The translations under genes and the position numbers were made by a program. Below, in pieces: positions 9,569-19,217 of a stretch of 64,000 nucleotides of DNA. The notes beneath the pieces are model-generated. The model did not search any database and was not told where the DNA came from. It saw nothing but the letters and a program-made list of their open reading frames with translations. The stretch spans positions 124,001 through 188,000 of IMG/VR virus record IMGVR_UViG_3300005056_000001; one strand, given 5' to 3'. Positions within the stretch are counted from its first letter, which is position 1. Each line of letters opens with the position of its first letter.

Positions 9569-11131
9569 TTAAACCTTGACATTTATAATTTTGCCTGCTA
9601 CAACCAAGCGATTGTCGCCATCAATTATTTTATAAATCACGGCACCTTCTCCGTGGGCATACTCGTCGATGTCATACCTAAACACAGAACCCTCAATGTT
9701 CCTGTATTGTTTGGTTCCTATTTCCATAATCGTGAAAGAAGGAACGGTATTTTGGATTGGGTTGTCAATAGTGGCGGTACTGCTGTCCCTTGGGTTCTTT
9801 TCTTCGTACTTGCGATTAAACTCGACCGAGTTTGTTAGGTCTTTGTTGTACACACCCACGATATCAACAACTTGCTTGACAGGGTATAACGTAATCTCGG
9901 CGGTACTAAAGCTCTGAATATAGACAGCCTTGTCAACCTGTACAATTGTTGGTGCATCAAACACGGCCTGCATCTCGGTGATGTTCTGTGTGATATTATT
10001 TATTAGGTTGTACTCCTCTAAATCAACATCAAATGTGACCCCAAACAAAGACGTTACGTCCGATATAAGTATAAACGAGGTCTTGATTATCGAGGCACCG
10101 TCCAATGTTGTTAAACGGCCTGTTATCGAAACCTCGATATGGTCTGTGGCACTGTTTAGGTTTGTTGGGTGATGGGTTATTGTGTTAAATGGTGCCAAGG
10201 AGTTTTCCACGAAAAGACTTGTGGTACCAACAGCACTATTTCCTATGTCATACTGAACCAACGACACCTCATAAATAAGCGAATTGAAGCTTATACCCTG
10301 TACCTGCAAATAGTCCTCCAAAACAAACCTTGTGTGTATCATCCTAAAGGTTACCTCACCATTGGTTTGTGACACCTCGATGTCGATGTCGTTGTTCTCG
10401 AATGACACCGCAATACTGTTCTCGTTGATTATTTCAGGAATAATCTTTGTGAATGTCAAGGCACTTTCCACAAACGGAACAATGCCTGTTGCAGGAAGCA
10501 CACTATATTCGACAAAAAGGGCCTCGGGTGTGTCTGTTCCAAACAACAATGTGTTTATCTCAACAGCATCAGGAGCAGTCATGGACTGTAAACGGGCAAT
10601 AGACAACAGTCTAAATTCTATTTCAGAATTATAGATAGTGCCATTAAGCACGATTTCTCGATCGCTTGCCACAATCTTAGGCAGCGTATAGTCATCATAA
10701 ATATTAACAAGGTCTACGATACCATTGGAACCCCTGTACTGAATCGAAAGGTATTGGAGCGCATTTGTGGCAGGGTTGTAATTGAAACCGCTCGCAAACA
10801 TTAGTTTGCACACAATAAAATCTAGGTTGCTACTCAGGGGTGACACCACAAAATTACTCAGCTCGGCATCATTATGAAAATTTGGGGCAAAATGTGTGTC
10901 AGGATAATAATTGGGAGTCGGGCTAAGGATTACCTTGTCGGTTCCGTTAAGTGTATTGGGGATATATCCGATGCTATTGGTGCGCTCCTCTATTTCACCG
11001 TCCTCGAATAGTAATTGCTGACGTGTATTGCCGTATTGATTCAGGTATAGATTTGTCGTGTTAAGATCCACACTATTGATGTCGTCACTTAAAATCAATA
11101 ATACATTGGGTGCTAAAACTATTTGTTGCAT
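9569..11131 (-). CDS. putative virion structural protein
   Basis: 520 aa, acidic and beta-rich composition; GTACATA 16 nt upstream. Confidence 0.55.
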   Translation of the reverse strand: MQQIVLAPNVLLILSDDINSVDLNTTNLYLNQYGNTRQQLLFEDGEIEERTNSIGYIPNTLNGTDKVILSPTPNYYPDTHFAPNFHNDAELSNFVVSPLSSNLDFIVCKLMFASGFNYNPATNALQYLSIQYRGSNGIVDLVNIYDDYTLPKIVASDREIVLNGTIYNSEIEFRLLSIARLQSMTAPDAVEINTLLFGTDTPEALFVEYSVLPATGIVPFVESALTFTKIIPEIINENSIAVSFENNDIDIEVSQTNGEVTFRMIHTRFVLEDYLQVQGISFNSLIYEVSLVQYDIGNSAVGTTSLFVENSLAPFNTITHHPTNLNSATDHIEVSITGRLTTLDGASIIKTSFILISDVTSLFGVTFDVDLEEYNLINNITQNITEMQAVFDAPTIVQVDKAVYIQSFSTAEITLYPVKQVVDIVGVYNKDLTNSVEFNRKYEEKNPRDSSTATIDNPIQNTVPSFTIMEIGTKQYRNIEGSVFRYDIDEYAHGEGAVIYKIIDGDNRLVVAGKIINVKV

Positions 11132-11198
11132 AATATATGGTTTAGTGTATGTACTTTTTTGTACATATATTTACAATAACTTCTATTAAAAAAATATT

Positions 11199-11516
11199 AT
11201 GACACGTGTACAAAGACCCTCAATAAAAAATAAACCAATAAGCGAATCAACAGACTTTCCAAGCTTCTATGGCATTGATGACATGGTTACCTTTATACCC
11301 ATGTTCCGCCATCAAGAAAAATATGGCATTGTTTTAAATTATGGCATTGGTAGAATTGTTGCCGTAAGATTTACCAAGGCAAAAGTATTCTACGATATCA
11401 TAGGCGACTATCATGGAATATTATTCGACAATGTGGACTCCAATAATCTCGAGTACCCTACCGAATATCTGAATATTCCCGACCAACAACCATTTCCCGA
11501 ATGCGAAAGAGTGTAA
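11199..11516 (+). CDS. hypothetical protein
   Basis: GRIVAVRFTKAKVFYD; GTACATA at 11161. Confidence 0.6.
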   Translation: MTRVQRPSIKNKPISESTDFPSFYGIDDMVTFIPMFRHQEKYGIVLNYGIGRIVAVRFTKAKVFYDIIGDYHGILFDNVDSNNLEYPTEYLNIPDQQPFPECERV

Positions 11517-11678
11517 TAATTTTCAAATATTTTCTTGGTACTGTAACGAAAATTGTGTAGTATTGTGTTGTTACTAGCACACAATTTAAATTTGTGGCTA
11601 ATTATTTAGTCAAATAAAGCCCATTTTTGTAACAAATTGTTACTATTTTTGTTACGGACTGAGCCACAAAGTATTACT

Positions 11679-12386
11679 ATGGAAAATAAAGAAAACATAT
11701 TCGCCCTGTTAAGAACTTGTGATGTTGCCAATATTAACCTAGCAATGGTATTGGACAAAGGGAATGGCGGAAATGTCTTTCGATACCTTGAGGATGATTT
11801 TAAGGAAATGTTAGACACAATCAAAAGAGAGAAGTCATTGGATACTGAATCTGTGTGGAGGTTTCTATTTAAATCGGTCGGATTGGTAGAGGATTATGGC
11901 AGTATAACATACATACCAAAAAATATTGGGCTGTTACAGAACCTTGAAATTGTTGCCATTAAACAGTGTAACATCGAAACTATTCCTGAATCGTTTTTTG
12001 AACTCAAAAATCTTACAGAAATAACTATTAGTTATTGCAATCTGAGAAGTATATCTGAAGGGTTTTCGTGCCTCACAAAATTAGATTATCTTAATTTAAG
12101 TGATAACAACATCGAACGCATACATCCGAAATTTAACGGCCTTAAAAAATTGGAATTTCTTAATTTGTCTAACAATAACATTAATCATATTCCTGATTGT
12201 ATCTATGAAATGTCTACGTTATGTACATTATTTTTGGGTAATAATAACATTACGACAATATCTAATAAAATAGAAAATTTGTCTTCGTTAATGTGCATAT
12301 CCTTGAGAGAAAACAACATAACAACACTTCCTACATCAACAAATGCTTTGGATGTGCTTAAACAATTTTTCACCATAACAGACTAA
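11679..12386 (+). CDS. leucine-rich repeat protein
   Basis: ~23-aa LxxLxLxxNxI repeats; N-cap LL....NINLA. Confidence 0.9.
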   Translation: MENKENIFALLRTCDVANINLAMVLDKGNGGNVFRYLEDDFKEMLDTIKREKSLDTESVWRFLFKSVGLVEDYGSITYIPKNIGLLQNLEIVAIKQCNIETIPESFFELKNLTEITISYCNLRSISEGFSCLTKLDYLNLSDNNIERIHPKFNGLKKLEFLNLSNNNINHIPDCIYEMSTLCTLFLGNNNITTISNKIENLSSLMCISLRENNITTLPTSTNALDVLKQFFTITD

Positions 12387-12389
12387 AAC

Positions 12390-12800
12390 ATGAAAAATAG
12401 AAACCAACCAAAAGACTTATACACAACACGAAGAAGGTTTGAAACTATAATGTACGACAAATTTGTCGAGGCCAACATGTATGACGACGACAAGGTAGAA
12501 GCAATCGAAGCCCATGCCATTGCCAAAAAGATTGAAAATGTTTACGAAGACATGGATGCCTATATAGAACAAGAAGATTACGAACTAACATTTTCCGAAG
12601 CAGTAGAAGTGTTATTCGAAAATGGGTGTGTGGTAATAAGAGGCGAAGACTTTAAAGAAGGCGTTTATATTTTCAGCCGTGACAGTGTGTTATACACAAA
12701 AGGTAAGGATTCTGCTCCGATATTGTTTGTGTTGTCTAGAAGAGACTTTGAACAAAAATGGAAATGTCTAAGCACGACCGAGGCATGGAAATTAAAATAG
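12390..12800 (+). CDS. hypothetical protein
   Basis: ORF adjacent to the LRR gene. Confidence 0.6.
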   Translation: MKNRNQPKDLYTTRRRFETIMYDKFVEANMYDDDKVEAIEAHAIAKKIENVYEDMDAYIEQEDYELTFSEAVEVLFENGCVVIRGEDFKEGVYIFSRDSVLYTKGKDSAPILFVLSRRDFEQKWKCLSTTEAWKLK

Positions 12801-12801
12801 T

Positions 12802-13317
12802 CTACAGACCTTCTTTATGTTTTTCCTTGGCCAATTGCTCGACCTCGGAGTCCTCATATCTTTTGTGTGACACAATGGTAATCTGTTCGACATCAAAAAC
12901 GGCATATTCATAGCCGATCTCGGGCTCTTCTTGATTAAGGGCAATAACCGCATCATAGTCACCCTTTCTTGCACGGGCTAGTACTTCCTTTGACATGTCG
13001 TCTGTCGTCCTGATAAACATAGGATTTTCGATGTCTAGGCGGCATGTGATTACACATGGCGTGAATGGTTCATAGTCCGTTGGTAGTCCGTCGGCAACTA
13101 ATTTATACATAAAGGCATTTACCTTGTCTATGAGTCTTGAGTATACCTGTGCGGTGTTTTTTGACGAAGAGAAATGTAGTGCAACCTCATCGGCTTTCTT
13201 GTCTGTTCGTTCTCCCTTAAATTCTGTGGAAAATTGGTCAAACACCTTTGGTGTTCCGTGATATACCTCCACGTTTTTGTACGGGACTTTTGGGATTGTT
13301 TCTACGATTCTTCTCAT
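12802..13317 (-). CDS. ART-PolyVal-like ADP-ribosyltransferase
   Basis: VYHGT...FDQF...HFSS....A..YS; LDIENP; YDAVI...E..YEYAVFD.EQI. Confidence 0.75.
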   Translation of the reverse strand: MRRIVETIPKVPYKNVEVYHGTPKVFDQFSTEFKGERTDKKADEVALHFSSSKNTAQVYSRLIDKVNAFMYKLVADGLPTDYEPFTPCVITCRLDIENPMFIRTTDDMSKEVLARARKGDYDAVIALNQEEPEIGYEYAVFDVEQITIVSHKRYEDSEVEQLAKEKHKEGL

Positions 13318-13318
13318 G

Positions 13319-13627
13319 TTATGCCTGTACTATTCTGATTGAAGAAAAATGTTTTGAGGTTGCCGTAAGCCGAACCAACTTTCTTTGGGTGGCAGTATAC
13401 TCGGCGATCTCAAAATCATAAAACTTTATACTGTCCTCGCCATCTGCAAACAGAATACTGTCCTCGCCAATCGAAATTTTAACATCATACATCTTTATAC
13501 AGGCACAGGCATTTCCTTCGATGGAGGCCTCTATTTTTAGGTTCTTTCCGACCAATTGTTCCATGTCTGCCACGGATTGGAGCGAGTCGTCTGTCAACCC
13601 CTCAACACTTTCGATTATGCGTCTCAT
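13319..13627 (-). CDS. putative internal head protein (MRRIIE N-terminus)
   Basis: start reassigned to 13627; GTACATA upstream. Confidence 0.55.
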   Translation of the reverse strand: MRRIIESVEGLTDDSLQSVADMEQLVGKNLKIEASIEGNACACIKMYDVKISIGEDSILFADGEDSIKFYDFEIAEYTATQRKLVRLTATSKHFSSIRIVQA

Positions 13628-13943
13628 TTTTAATGATTTTATTGTTAATATTGTATGTACCAATGTTCGGGAGGAGGTGTTCTTACTCTACAACCAATCT
13701 TGTATCTGTCGTTTAATGGCAGACAACGCCCAAGCATCACCACTCGAAATTTCAACATGGTGCTGTTTGATGTAGTCTTGAACCATTTTAGAACGCTCTT
13801 TAGTCCCTTTTTTAGACTTAATCACTGTATCGGTTTTTGTATTAACACCCTTCGATTTTTTCATATTTAATTATCTTTAATCTTTGCTAAAAAATGCCAC
13901 GTTTAGCTCCTTGGTACTTATGATTATATACAACATGGTCGTT

Positions 13944-13997
13944 TTTTAGCATACCCAACTATCGGGTTTTGACATTTATAGTTGGGTATGCTAAAAC
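13944..13997. terminator. long inverted repeat / terminator
   Basis: TTTTAGCATACCCAACTAT...ATAGTTGGGTATGCTAAAA. Confidence 0.6.
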
Positions 13998-14010
13998 ATA
14001 ATGTTTGTTA

Positions 14011-14364
14011 CTACTCTCTGAATAAGAATTTATATAGACGGTCTTTGAAAACAACATCCGTAAAAAGAGCTCGTGGTGAATCTTTACCTGTTATACTAAG
14101 AGCATTATAATCTATGTTAACAAGACCATTCAAGGATAACTTGATATCACCCCCACGTGTCTCAATCCATAACTTACCATTTTCTAATACTGCATAGACA
14201 GAAGCATCGGTTGTATATGAAAACACCTCGTCACTCTTTGATGGATTTGGTGAATTGTAAATAAAAATTCTCATTTCTCTTTTTGTGCCATTAATCTCTC
14301 TCAATAGCTCATTGAAATCCGTACTCCTTGTTGATTCGTTTAATGATTTATATACTCTTCTCAT
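14011..14364 (-). CDS. putative internal head protein (MRRVYKSLNE N-terminus)
   Basis: N-terminal motif shared with neighbours; GTGCATA upstream. Confidence 0.55.
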   Translation of the reverse strand: MRRVYKSLNESTRSTDFNELLREINGTKREMRIFIYNSPNPSKSDEVFSYTTDASVYAVLENGKLWIETRGGDIKLSLNGLVNIDYNALSITGKDSPRALFTDVVFKDRLYKFLFRE

Positions 14365-14453
14365 AATTATATTTTGTTGTTAACGTTATATGCACCATAA
14401 TTTAAACTATCGCACATGTACTATTGGTTGATTTATTCAAGGATAAAATCGTA

Positions 14454-14636
14454 TTACTCCTCAGATTTCTTTTTCTTCTTTTTCCTTTTAAGATATGCCT
14501 TGTGTGACACATCCCCAATATGGGCTGCAAAATCTCCGCTCCCCTTATCACTGTCGGATGTTGTTTTTGTGTTGCCTGTTGCAGTCGGGTTGGGTGATGT
14601 TATTTCACCAATCCCGACCAAACCTTCAGGAGCCAC
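14454..14636 (-). CDS. probable frameshifted C-terminal module of 14660..16669
   Basis: open in the -1 frame from the A9 run at 14669-14677. Confidence 0.45.
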   Translation of the reverse strand: MAPEGLVGIGEITSPNPTATGNTKTTSDSDKGSGDFAAHIGDVSHKAYLKRKKKKKKSEE

Positions 14637-14659
14637 GCTATCATAGCCACCATCTTCTT

Positions 14660-16669
14660 TTACTTTACTTTTTTTTTACTCTCGGGTTCCTCGTCTGTGT
14701 ATTCGTCCTCTACCTCATTCCAAAAGTCGTCAATCAAGTCCTTGGGAATTTTACCCACCGACCCATACTCTTTGTACTTTGGAGTCTTCAATTTTTTGTC
14801 AAGAAATGCCTGATATTCTTTTTGGGTACCTTCGTTTAATAGATTATTACTGTTAACGTATTTATTAATATCCTTAAGGGTTTCTATATTATTAACCTCA
14901 AAGGCATATCCCTCCCAAGATACCGCCCAAAATTGTTTTGTGTCTTTATCGTAATATAGGTATTTTAACAAGTACGCCTTTGCAATCCAAGGACTCATCT
15001 TGATTTTCTGCATCCCTTTTAAAATACGCTTGGCTTCTTTGTTTGGCGCAGCTTCCTTGACACTCTTCTTATTCATAGACTTCTTGGCAATCGCAATAAT
15101 AGCGGCATCATCAATATCAGGATTATCTTTTTTAATCCCTGCAATCATATCGTCTACTTTTTCTTGTTTGTAATTGTCGCCATGTATTTTTTTGTACATT
15201 TTAGTAATTGCTTGTTTTGCGTCGATGTCTTTGGCTTCGTTTTTACCTTTCTTCTCGGGTTCCTCGTCGGTGTATTCGTCCTCTACCTCATTCCAAAAGT
15301 CGTCAATCAAGTCCTTGGGAATTTTACCCACCGAGCCATACCCTTTGTACTTTGGAGTCTTCAATTTCTTGTCAAGAAATGCCTGATATTCTTTTTTTGT
15401 GCCTTCTGCAAACACCTCGTATCCGTCAATAATATCCAACATACTGTTTAGGTTTTCAATCAGTGCCTTTGGTAAAAGAGCAACCGAATTATACCCCATC
15501 AAACGGGCCTGTCGTTCTGCAATTTCGCCATATTCGGCAATTGCCTCATCAACTGTTTGGTTGGATGTGTTTTTGAGGCGGTTCATAATATTACGAATAT
15601 TCTTGAACGGAAGAGGAATTCGTATCACATCCACCATTTGTTCGGGATCAACAACATTTCCATAAATCCAAGAATGGTGTCCGTCCATTAGGCGGTCTTC
15701 GTGGTCAATAAAATATACACGGTCAAACGGGTCATATGTCTCGTCATGAACCATACCCTTAACCTTTTCAACATTAAATTCTTGTTGTGACGCCTTTAGA
15801 TTCTTGATCTTCATTCGACTTTTCTTGGCATCCCACTTAAACATCATGTGCTTAACCGTGGCAGGAATATCGTTTATCTGTGGAAGATAGTCTCGATTGT
15901 ATCCTAGGTTGTTGTTTTTTGCCTTGGTTACAAAGTTTTCGATTGATGTGGTGTGCATCCCTTTTGTGATGTCCAAAACACTGTCATCAAATACTTCCCA
16001 AATATTTTTCTTATTAGATTTCATTATTGTTGTTCTTTTATTTTCGTTTTTTGGCTTTAATAATCTTGAGAATATACCTAAAACACCGCTAGGTTTAATA
16101 TTTTTGTTGTTATTATACTTTCCTTTCCATAAACCAAGCCCACTGCTTCCATCAAAAACCATTACTGTATCATAGTCGGATCGTGTTACTACTAAATCCC
16201 CCATCTCAAACGAGACATGGGCATACACAATAGGGGCATAGTTATTATCGAAATAACTTTTAATTTCTCTAGCTATACTATCATACTTCTTGGGTAGTAG
16301 AACGCCATCCATTCCGTAATCGCTGTCGCTTAGGTCGATACCATACGATTCGTATATACGCATAACGTGATAATTTGCGGATGGCAGTCCTTTTATATGA
16401 AATATATCCACAATCTCTTGGTCGGTATCAATTATTGCTTTGGTGATACCTTCTGCGTCTTTTCTTACAATAAATCCCCCACCCTCACTAACATACCGCA
16501 GGATGAAGATATTATTAGCCTTTTTGGTAAACATTTCCTTCATAATCTTTCGCCAAACAACCTTTCCGAATTTAGGCAAATATTTATGATTTTTAGGAAA
16601 AATTTTATTGAGCTTTTTTTCAAGGTTAGGGTATCTACTAACACCCATCCTTTCGGTTATGTTTTTCAT
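14660..16669 (-). CDS. modular virion-core-like protein with a ParB/Srx-like domain and a duplicated ~51-aa module
   Basis: LKASQ.E...IDHEDRLMDGHHSW; EGTxKEYQAFLDKKLK...FWNEVEDEY twice. Confidence 0.7.
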   Translation of the reverse strand: MKNITERMGVSRYPNLEKKLNKIFPKNHKYLPKFGKVVWRKIMKEMFTKKANNIFILRYVSEGGGFIVRKDAEGITKAIIDTDQEIVDIFHIKGLPSANYHVMRIYESYGIDLSDSDYGMDGVLLPKKYDSIAREIKSYFDNNYAPIVYAHVSFEMGDLVVTRSDYDTVMVFDGSSGLGLWKGKYNNNKNIKPSGVLGIFSRLLKPKNENKRTTIMKSNKKNIWEVFDDSVLDITKGMHTTSIENFVTKAKNNNLGYNRDYLPQINDIPATVKHMMFKWDAKKSRMKIKNLKASQQEFNVEKVKGMVHDETYDPFDRVYFIDHEDRLMDGHHSWIYGNVVDPEQMVDVIRIPLPFKNIRNIMNRLKNTSNQTVDEAIAEYGEIAERQARLMGYNSVALLPKALIENLNSMLDIIDGYEVFAEGTKKEYQAFLDKKLKTPKYKGYGSVGKIPKDLIDDFWNEVEDEYTDEEPEKKGKNEAKDIDAKQAITKMYKKIHGDNYKQEKVDDMIAGIKKDNPDIDDAAIIAIAKKSMNKKSVKEAAPNKEAKRILKGMQKIKMSPWIAKAYLLKYLYYDKDTKQFWAVSWEGYAFEVNNIETLKDINKYVNSNNLLNEGTQKEYQAFLDKKLKTPKYKEYGSVGKIPKDLIDDFWNEVEDEYTDEEPESKKKVK
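14680..14833. repeat. ~154-bp direct repeat, copy 1
   Basis: near-identical to 15253-15406. Confidence 0.9.
15253..15406. repeat. ~154-bp direct repeat, copy 2
   Basis: near-identical to 14680-14833. Confidence 0.9.
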
Positions 16670-16791
16670 TATTGTTGTTTTAAGTATATTTTAATCTGAC
16701 TTGTAGTATGTACAAACCACAAGACCACGAACAACAAACGGTTTTTTGCGTTTATTAGATTAATACATCACCATTATTATATATAGAACAA

Positions 16792-17532
16792 ATGTTAGAC
16801 CATTATACACTTAAGAATATCCTTGTCTTTGACATCGAAACAGCATCAGGAGAAAAATCCTACAACGACCTAAGCGAGTCCATGAAAATGGCTTGGAAGC
16901 ATAAACATTCGCTCATAAAGGAAGAGATTAGTCTTGAGGCCTCCTACGAGAAGTTTGCGGCACTGTACCCCGAATTTGGACGGGTGGTGTGTATTTCGTG
17001 TGGTGTGACACTGAGCATGAAGGATGACGATGGAAAGCCTCGGAACAAGGTTATTACAGTTAAGTCGTTCTATGGGGATGACGAGGTAAAAATCCTGACA
17101 GATTTCGCAAAGACCATTACGGAATTTGACACCAAAAACCGTTCGACTTACCTATGTGGGCACAATATCAACAAGTTCGATATCCCGTTCCTTGCAAAGC
17201 GTATGGTTATTAATAGGCTTCCTATTCACAAAAAACTGTCCTTTGTTGGATTGCCACCATGGAAAATTGATTGGTGTATCGACACGATGGATGCATGGAA
17301 AATGGGCAATTTCCAAGGAGCAGAGTCTATTAAGGTATTGGCACCCGTTTTTGGAATCGAAACCCCAAAGGATGACATCGACGGGAGTATGGTATCAAAC
17401 GTTTTTTGGAATGAGAAGGGCGGAGATGTTCGCATTAAGGTATATTGTGTCAAGGACGTGATTGCAACCACCAAAATTTTGTTGGCAATGCGTAACGAGT
17501 CTATTGAATTGGAACATAATATCGTTAATTAG
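16792..17532 (+). CDS. DEDD 3'-5' exonuclease (PolB-exo-related)
   Basis: LVFDIET, GHNINKFDIPFL, YCVKDV. Confidence 0.88.
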   Translation: MLDHYTLKNILVFDIETASGEKSYNDLSESMKMAWKHKHSLIKEEISLEASYEKFAALYPEFGRVVCISCGVTLSMKDDDGKPRNKVITVKSFYGDDEVKILTDFAKTITEFDTKNRSTYLCGHNINKFDIPFLAKRMVINRLPIHKKLSFVGLPPWKIDWCIDTMDAWKMGNFQGAESIKVLAPVFGIETPKDDIDGSMVSNVFWNEKGGDVRIKVYCVKDVIATTKILLAMRNESIELEHNIVN

Positions 17533-17636
17533 GGCAATATGGTGTCTTAACAAAACATTAACATTTTTGGCTTAGGTGTTTTGATGTGGATGTTGTATAT
17601 TTGAATATAATTATTATTCACATAAAACTATTTATT

Positions 17637-17951
17637 ATGAATTTATTCAAACCAACACCCATTGGCACACAGATTACCCGCCACAAAAAAAATATCAAAC
17701 AACGCCAACTAGTACTTGACAACCTAGACGATAAACGGAAGCTTGTTGTAGACGAGTTTGATTTGTACAAAAACTCGAACAACACGTGCGTCAACACATT
17801 TAAAAAATTAGAGGCAAAGATGGAGAAAATCGACAAAAAAATCGGCAACACCGAGGAAAGGGTTGATGGTTTACATTATGAGTTGGCAACATTGCTTCAG
17901 ATGAAAAAAAAAGGGGTGGCGGCTGTCAGAAAAACCGACTACAAAAAATAA
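17637..17951 (+). CDS. coiled-coil hypothetical protein
   Basis: TATATTTG box at 17596-17603; terminator hairpin ~17960-17998. Confidence 0.6.
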   Translation: MNLFKPTPIGTQITRHKKNIKQRQLVLDNLDDKRKLVVDEFDLYKNSNNTCVNTFKKLEAKMEKIDKKIGNTEERVDGLHYELATLLQMKKKGVAAVRKTDYKK

Positions 17952-18061
17952 AAATACCACAAAAAAATACTGCCCCAAATCAGGGCGGTATTTTTTTGTT
18001 GGTATTAAGTCCATTATTGTCCTTTGTACATAGACTATTAACCAACAAAACACAAAAAACA

Positions 18062-18448
18062 ACGAGACGTGTTCAGAGAATAAATGAAGAAGCCTATGAG
18101 GTGGACAACAAATATAAATTACACACATCACTACAGGAGTTTATGGACGAGTGGTCTATAGATTATACATGGAAAGGTGCCCTTGAAATGATGCTTGGGA
18201 ATGGTCTTAGCCTGATTGAGATTAATGGCTATGGATTCGACCAAAAATTAATTGCTGACTATGAGGTTATGTATGTTAGACAGCGTTTTGATTTTCATAA
18301 AAGCAATGAACGGGGCGGGTCTGTATTCCAAACCTACAACAAGGAAGCCATTACAAGTGTCGCTTTTGACCACAAAGGCAGAGACCTTGTTTTCGTTATT
18401 GAGCTTAAAAATAAACTCACGATTACGGCATATGTAAACAAAGACTAG
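18062..18448 (+). CDS. putative internal head protein with an ACG start, (M)RRVQRINEE
   Basis: GTACATA at 18026, A-rich leader, ACG where related N-termini have ATG. Confidence 0.5.
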   Translation, partial: TRRVQRINEEAYEVDNKYKLHTSLQEFMDEWSIDYTWKGALEMMLGNGLSLIEINGYGFDQKLIADYEVMYVRQRFDFHKSNERGGSVFQTYNKEAITSVAFDHKGRDLVFVIELKNKLTITAYVNKD

Positions 18449-19194
18449 TCTAAACTAGTCTTTGTACTTTTTGTTTGTGGAATGTCGGACTTTATTTGGG
18501 TATAGGCTGCCGTGAATGCGGCAGTTAGACTTGGTATAAATGCCAATATTGTTGGTGCCAATGCTGCCGTGTACGGGCTAGGGCTTGCACTTGCTGCCAA
18601 CTTTGTTGCAAAACTAGTCAATTCGTTAACCACGGTTTGTATCAGATCAGCAATTGCATCATGCACATCGGCATTTTTTGTTCCTAGTGTTGCGGGTTCG
18701 GCAGACTTGTTTTCGGTTCCCAAGGAAACCATGTCCTTTAGGATGTGGACAACACGACCATCGGCTTCTAGTCGTATCGTGTTGTCCACTCCAATCATAA
18801 ATTTTGCCGTCTTAGAGCCTTTCTCTAGCTCAACCACAAATCCGTCAGACTCAAGATAGCGAACCGTAATAAAGCCGTCAGAACCGAAATCCTCTAGGTT
18901 TTTATACAAAAGAACTGCGGCAGATTCGTAATCTCCGTCAGGAATGGCGGCCTCGTTTATGTAGTGCCCCCCTGCATACCACACAGGATGATAAATACTG
19001 TTCTTGATAAACGTGCACACAACCTCGGAACCCACAGAAGGCAGGTCATGACGGTTGCGTGTCACATAACTAGGCAATGCCCAAGGGATTAAATCCTCGT
19101 CCAATTCATCATACCATCCACGAACCCGAACCTTTATGCGTCCAATCTTTTTTGGGTCTGTGATATCAATAACCTCGCCTAGAAACTCTTCCAT
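18445..19194 (-). CDS. gp5-like baseplate hub/spike protein (N-terminal OB fold)
   Basis: GEVIDITDPKKIGRIKVRV..LIPWA..LPSVGSEV..F. Confidence 0.85.
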   Translation of the reverse strand: MEEFLGEVIDITDPKKIGRIKVRVRGWYDELDEDLIPWALPSYVTRNRHDLPSVGSEVVCTFIKNSIYHPVWYAGGHYINEAAIPDGDYESAAVLLYKNLEDFGSDGFITVRYLESDGFVVELEKGSKTAKFMIGVDNTIRLEADGRVVHILKDMVSLGTENKSAEPATLGTKNADVHDAIADLIQTVVNELTSFATKLAASASPSPYTAALAPTILAFIPSLTAAFTAAYTQIKSDIPQTKSTKTSLD

Positions 19195-19217
19195 GAAATT
19201 TTACGATATGTACAAGA

